A stretch of 42,368 nucleotides of DNA. Origin: Flavobacteriaceae bacterium. GTDB lineage: Bacteria; Bacteroidota; Bacteroidia; Flavobacteriales; Flavobacteriaceae. The notes beneath the pieces were generated by a model. That model made no database searches. It was not told the origin of the DNA and saw only the letters and a list, made by a program, of their open reading frames with translations. The position numbers were made by a program, and so were the translations under genes. Shown in pieces: positions 37,764 through 42,368 of this stretch. The DNA lies in the NCBI GenBank assembly GCA_030625995.1, contig DAOUPU010000001.1:1-42368 (forward strand). Reading direction: 5' to 3'. The number at the start of each line of letters is the position of its first letter. The first letter of the stretch is position 1.

Positions 37764-40028
37764 TTGAAAAATATAATATCACAAAAAACTTTAAACGATT
37801 TAGAATTTTCGTCCGTATTAGATCTGATAAGTGAATATTGTATATCTAATCTCGGTAGAACTAAGGTTTTACAGATAAAGCCGATTACAAGATCGCTTGA
37901 GCTTAAAAGTGAGTTGAAGCAGGTAAATGAATATTTATCCTCTATGGTTAGCGAAAATAGAATTCCTAATCATTATTTCGACGAAATAACAAATGAAATA
38001 AATATTTTAGGTATTGAAAACAGCTTTTTGGAAGGGACATCGTTTCAAAAAATAGCATCAATTTCATCCAATGTTAATAATTTAATTCTATTCTTAAAAA
38101 AATTTAATGAATACTACCCTGCTCTGTTCTCTCAATCGGAAAGCATAGAGTTCACTAAAACTATAATTACAGAAATTGAAAAGATCATTTCTCCACATGG
38201 GGAAATACTGGATAAGGCTTCTCCAAATTTGAAAAGTATTCGGAGAGAAATTGGTTCTATACGAGGAAAGATAGGCGCTAGTTTTATAAAATCGCTTAGT
38301 CATTATGCAGGATTGGGTTATTTGGATGAAATAAGAGAATCTGTAGTAGAAAATGAACGTGTCTTAGCGGTCCAAGCGATGTATCGAAAAAAAGTAAAAG
38401 GGTCTATTCTTGGCAATTCTAAAACAGGAAGTATTGTTTATATAGCACCCGAAGCCACTTTACAATATACTAGAGAGCTACAAAACTTGCAATATGAGGA
38501 AAAAGAAGAAATGGTCGTTATACTCAAGCAACTTACAAACCAGATCAGACCTCAAAGATATTTATTGCAAAAATATCAAGATTATCTTTGTCATTTAGAT
38601 GTACTTGGTGCTAAGGCTAAATATGCAACTCATATAGGAGCATGTTTGCCAAAAATTACAGATCAGCAAAAGATAACCATGAGAGATGCTTATCATCCAA
38701 TCTTACTGGAAGAGAACAATCAGAAAAATATTAAAACAATTCCTCAAACCTTAGAACTTAATGGACAACAAAAGATAATAGTAATATCAGGTCCTAATGC
38801 GGGAGGTAAAAGCATTACACTTAAAACAATTGGATTATTACAGATCATGTTACAAAGTGGTATACTGATTCCGGTACATGAAAAAAGTGAGATTAGCATT
38901 TTTGACAATATTCTTACAGATATTGGGGATAATCAGTCCATTGAAAATCAGTTAAGTACATATAGTTACAGATTAAAAAACATGCGGAATTTTTTAAGAA
39001 GATGTAATCAAAATACACTTTTCTTAATTGATGAATTTGGTACAGGTAGTGACCCGGAACTTGGTGGTGCCTTAGCGGAGGTGTTTTTAGAAGAGTTTTA
39101 TGAGAAGGGAGCTTTTGGTATTATTACAACACATTATGCAAATTTAAAGGTTTTGGCAAGTGAGCTGGAAAATGTAGCCAATGGAAACATGCAATTCGAT
39201 CAAAGATCCTTAGAACCCTTGTTTAAATTACACATTGGTCAGGCCGGTAGTTCATTTACATTTGAGGTTGCCCAGAAGAATGGGATTCCCTTTCGATTGA
39301 TCAACAAAGCAAAAAAGAAAGTAGACAGGGAGAAAATTCGTCTAGATAAAACAATTGCGAAATTGCAAAAAGAAAGAAATAAATTACAACAAACAACAGA
39401 AAAGCTCGAGAAGGAAAAATCAGACACCATGGAAAATGCAGAGAGTTTACTGGCTCAAAAATTAAAAGTGCAAGAAAAATTAAATAGCTTCCAGGAGCTT
39501 TATGATGCCAATCAAAAAATGCTTTCCTATGGACGAAAATCCAATGAGTTGATGAATAAATTTTTTCAGACTAAAAATAAAAAGGAATTACTCTCCGAAT
39601 TTATTAAATGGGTGACCATTGAACAGTCAAAAAATGAAAAATTAAAGCAGGATAAAGTTATAACCAAAACCAAACAAACCACCGGAGGTCAAAACAAACC
39701 TTTATCAAAAAGACAAACGAAAGAGATAAATAAAAAAGCAAAACTGGAAGAAAAAAAGAAGCAGGAAAAACTACAGGAAATCGAGAAAGAAATACTTATT
39801 AATGTTAAAAAAATTAGCGAAAAAAAGAAAAGTATCGCTAGAAAAGTGGCCCGGGAAAAATCCAATTATCAATTTAAAATAGATGATAAAGTAAGACTAT
39901 TGGATAGTAATGCTAAGGGTACTATTGAGAAAATAGAAAAAAATATTGCAACTATTAACTATGGAATTTTTATTGCTAAAGCGGATATAAAACAACTTGA
40001 ACTAGTACAGAAATCTAAAAAGAAATAA
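37764..40028 (+). CDS. mutS2: MutS2 family ATPase ending in a KOW-like domain, with no Smr domain
   Basis: DLEF N-terminus, SKTGSIVYIAP, SGPNAGGKS, DIGDNQSIENQLSTYS, DEFGTGSDP and TTHY. TTG start; a -7 box TATTTTTG lies at 37734-37741. Confidence 0.92.
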   Translation: MKNIISQKTLNDLEFSSVLDLISEYCISNLGRTKVLQIKPITRSLELKSELKQVNEYLSSMVSENRIPNHYFDEITNEINILGIENSFLEGTSFQKIASISSNVNNLILFLKKFNEYYPALFSQSESIEFTKTIITEIEKIISPHGEILDKASPNLKSIRREIGSIRGKIGASFIKSLSHYAGLGYLDEIRESVVENERVLAVQAMYRKKVKGSILGNSKTGSIVYIAPEATLQYTRELQNLQYEEKEEMVVILKQLTNQIRPQRYLLQKYQDYLCHLDVLGAKAKYATHIGACLPKITDQQKITMRDAYHPILLEENNQKNIKTIPQTLELNGQQKIIVISGPNAGGKSITLKTIGLLQIMLQSGILIPVHEKSEISIFDNILTDIGDNQSIENQLSTYSYRLKNMRNFLRRCNQNTLFLIDEFGTGSDPELGGALAEVFLEEFYEKGAFGIITTHYANLKVLASELENVANGNMQFDQRSLEPLFKLHIGQAGSSFTFEVAQKNGIPFRLINKAKKKVDREKIRLDKTIAKLQKERNKLQQTTEKLEKEKSDTMENAESLLAQKLKVQEKLNSFQELYDANQKMLSYGRKSNELMNKFFQTKNKKELLSEFIKWVTIEQSKNEKLKQDKVITKTKQTTGGQNKPLSKRQTKEINKKAKLEEKKKQEKLQEIEKEILINVKKISEKKKSIARKVAREKSNYQFKIDDKVRLLDSNAKGTIEKIEKNIATINYGIFIAKADIKQLELVQKSKKK

Positions 40029-40043
40029 TTGTATTAAGCCACA

Positions 40044-40152
40044 GGGCATCCCGAGTGTTATGATTAAAAAAAATCGACGTTGGGGTCAAGTACCTTTGAC
40101 ACCGGCTGTTATTAAAATAGATAAATGGATTCCCTATTCCTCGGGAATGACA
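40044..40152. repeat. REP/dRS3-like palindromic element remnant
   Basis: GGATTCCC-TATTCCTC-GGGAATGAC (ATTCCC-N8-GGGAAT) at 40127-40151, a degenerate inverted partner GGCATCCCGAG at 40045-40055, and an internal hairpin GGGGTCAAG-TACC-TTTGACACC. Confidence 0.5.
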
Positions 40153-40201
40153 CAAAACGCCAACTACCGGTCCCATAAATTGGTGGATTTTTACTAATAA
40201 A

Positions 40202-42367
40202 TTAGTTTTGAGTTTCTTTACTCAACTCATCTATAATCAATTGTGCCGCTTCTAATTTCCCCTGGTCTCTGTAGGATAATGCCAATAAGTATTTAAAATC
40301 ATTGTTGTTTGGCTCAATTTTTAATGCTCTTTTGATCTGTTTTTCCGCACTTATAAGATCTTTTTCCTGATAGTAAAATGTTGCTAAATTATACAAGGAC
40401 CTGCTATCATTTGGGTTTAATTTAATCGCCATTTTTAGATCGTCTACAGCTTGTTCATTTTCTTTTAATTCAAAGTTCAGTAAGGCTCTGAGGTAATATG
40501 GACGGCCATTTTCAGGCTGCAGTTGAATCCAGGTGTTTAGGGTGTGAAGTGCATTTTCTGTCTGACCATCAATACTATATGCAGTTGCCAAGTTAGAATA
40601 AACCGGTATCAATAAGCTATCTTTTTTAATAGCTACCTCATAATGTTTAATGGCAGTTTTAATATCATTACTCTGCAAATAATAATCCCCCAACTGCATT
40701 CTACCGGTTGAAAAATCTGCGTTGCTATAGAGCATCGCCTCTAACTCACCTCGTGAATTACTAACAATTGATCTATCCGACTCATTTAGAGAAGCTATAT
40801 CTAATCCAACGACGAGTTGTGCCGCTCCGATCCTGACCAATTTCGTTGTATCATTCATATGTTTTAAAGCAATAGACATCCTATCTTGTATAGACATTGA
40901 TCTAAATTTTATCAAAGCATTATAACGAACCAATGCTGATGGATCTTCTAGTGCCTCTAATAAAACCATTAATTCTTCATTAGAAGAAAAATATAAATTC
41001 TCGATCACTGTAGCTCTGGCAATAGCCGGATATTTCAAATCATTGATGAAATTACCCAATTCTTCAAGATCATTTAAATTTAAATTATCGCTATTGCTTT
41101 TTAACAAGGCATCCGAAAAGTGGTCTAATCTCTCAGGTCCGTACCATTTTATTATAGCGTCTGCTGCCCATACCTCACTTTTGTCATCATGACACCCATT
41201 ACATGCATTGGGTGTATTGTATGCTACACTTTGATCCGGTCTGGGAATTCTAAAACTATGGTCTCTTCTAAAATCATTGCCCATATAATCCTTTCCTGTC
41301 ATATGGCAGTTGATACAGGAAGCCCCTTCAGTACCTTTTTCGTGAAAGTGATGTTCTGCGGTATTGTATTTAGGCACGTGACATTGCATACACAGCGTAT
41401 TTCCATCTAATTTCAATTTTAGACTGTGTACATTATGGCAGTCATTACATTTTATTTTATTATGGTACATTTTACTTTGTACAAAAGATCCATAAACATA
41501 ATCTTCTTCATCTATTTGTCCGTCTCCATGATAAAAGTTGGAGGTTATTGGTTGTAACATGTATTGATCCTCAAACGACTCCCCGGGTTCTAAATTCTGT
41601 GTAAGTTTAGCACGTCTGGCATGGCACGGCGCACAGAGATTCAATTGTTCCATCTGCATTTTCCCTTCTATCATATAATGATTCCCAGATGGGTTGTCTA
41701 CACTAGCCCAATTCATATGTTTTTCTGCGGGGCCATGACAACTTTCACAACTGACGTTTATGGAAGAGTATGTTGTGTGAAAAGAATCTTTTTCCACAAA
41801 GTAATTCTTTTTAAGGTTAGTCGAATGGCATTCCGCACACATTGTATTCCAATTTTGAGCACCTTTGGTCCAATGCAACCAGTCATGTGCGGCAATTTTA
41901 TCACCAGGATACTGATGGTACCATTTTTTTTCAATTACATCCCAGGTAACTCTCAGAACTTGTTTTCTGCCTCTGTCAAAATCCACCATGTATTGCTGCA
42001 AGGGTGTCACCCCGAAGGTGTAGTCAATTTTATATCGATTTTCGGATCCGTCGATTTCTTTTATGTCTACATAGAAATCCTTATCTTTTTTTGAAAAGAA
42101 ATAAGTCACTCCGTCAATCGAAGCACTAATATCATTAAAATCACCAAGTATGGTAGAGTCATTGGCAACCTGCATTGCTAAGTCGTGATGTGACCCCTTC
42201 CATAAATCATATTCTTTTTCATGACAGCTTTTACATTTATCATCACCTACATAGCCATCGACATATTTAATATCTCCAATACTAACCTGCTTGTATTGTT
42301 CCTGTTTCTTATTGCAAGAAGATAATATAATAAGGATCAGGAAGAAAGTATAGATTTTAATTTCCAT
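40202..42367 (-). CDS. octaheme c-type cytochrome lipoprotein with HEAT-like and TPR repeats
   Basis: Lipobox LSSC; eight CxxCH motifs (CKSCH, CAECH, CESCH, CAPCH, CNDCH, CMQCH, CINCH, CNGCH); HEAT-like ALEDPSALVR and DTTKLVRIGAA; about five C-terminal TPRs. Confidence 0.9.
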   Translation of the reverse strand: MEIKIYTFFLILIILSSCNKKQEQYKQVSIGDIKYVDGYVGDDKCKSCHEKEYDLWKGSHHDLAMQVANDSTILGDFNDISASIDGVTYFFSKKDKDFYVDIKEIDGSENRYKIDYTFGVTPLQQYMVDFDRGRKQVLRVTWDVIEKKWYHQYPGDKIAAHDWLHWTKGAQNWNTMCAECHSTNLKKNYFVEKDSFHTTYSSINVSCESCHGPAEKHMNWASVDNPSGNHYMIEGKMQMEQLNLCAPCHARRAKLTQNLEPGESFEDQYMLQPITSNFYHGDGQIDEEDYVYGSFVQSKMYHNKIKCNDCHNVHSLKLKLDGNTLCMQCHVPKYNTAEHHFHEKGTEGASCINCHMTGKDYMGNDFRRDHSFRIPRPDQSVAYNTPNACNGCHDDKSEVWAADAIIKWYGPERLDHFSDALLKSNSDNLNLNDLEELGNFINDLKYPAIARATVIENLYFSSNEELMVLLEALEDPSALVRYNALIKFRSMSIQDRMSIALKHMNDTTKLVRIGAAQLVVGLDIASLNESDRSIVSNSRGELEAMLYSNADFSTGRMQLGDYYLQSNDIKTAIKHYEVAIKKDSLLIPVYSNLATAYSIDGQTENALHTLNTWIQLQPENGRPYYLRALLNFELKENEQAVDDLKMAIKLNPNDSRSLYNLATFYYQEKDLISAEKQIKRALKIEPNNNDFKYLLALSYRDQGKLEAAQLIIDELSKETQN

Positions 42368-42368
42368 T

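Overview
AT-rich, gene-dense core chromosomal region of a Bacteroidota bacterium, most likely Flavobacteriaceae. This is inferred from TAnnTTTG -7 promoter boxes, the lack of Shine-Dalgarno motifs and the gene order. Contents in order: partial HMG-CoA lyase; a PPi-type PFK, gap and ATP-type pfkA cluster, with gap broken by one extra A in an A8 run; a DUF4870/PadR/PspC/GIN envelope-stress operon; a ferredoxin and a LuxC-like acyl-CoA reductase on a symmetric bidirectional promoter; folE, hisS and an M20 peptidase; zapB-like/zapA/6S RNA/rny; an M23 peptidase with a TonB-dependent receptor; an ECF sigma three-gene module; an NtrC-like regulator with an ABC-2 transporter; the MarR-fadN-fadA-fadE beta-oxidation operon; a DEAD-box helicase; a K+ channel-like protein; ung; mutS2; and an octaheme c-type cytochrome-HEAT/TPR lipoprotein. 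I found no CRISPR array, tRNA/rRNA, integrase, transposase or defence system, and I cannot support a clearly new multi-gene system. The best leads are small-scale: the gap frameshift, an unannotated 21-aa hydrophobic sORF in the PadR/PspC operon, the palindromic bidirectional promoter, a non-canonical AIGYG channel filter, the 6S RNA abutting rny, a hypothetical protein with an internal duplication, and the octaheme-TPR lipoprotein.
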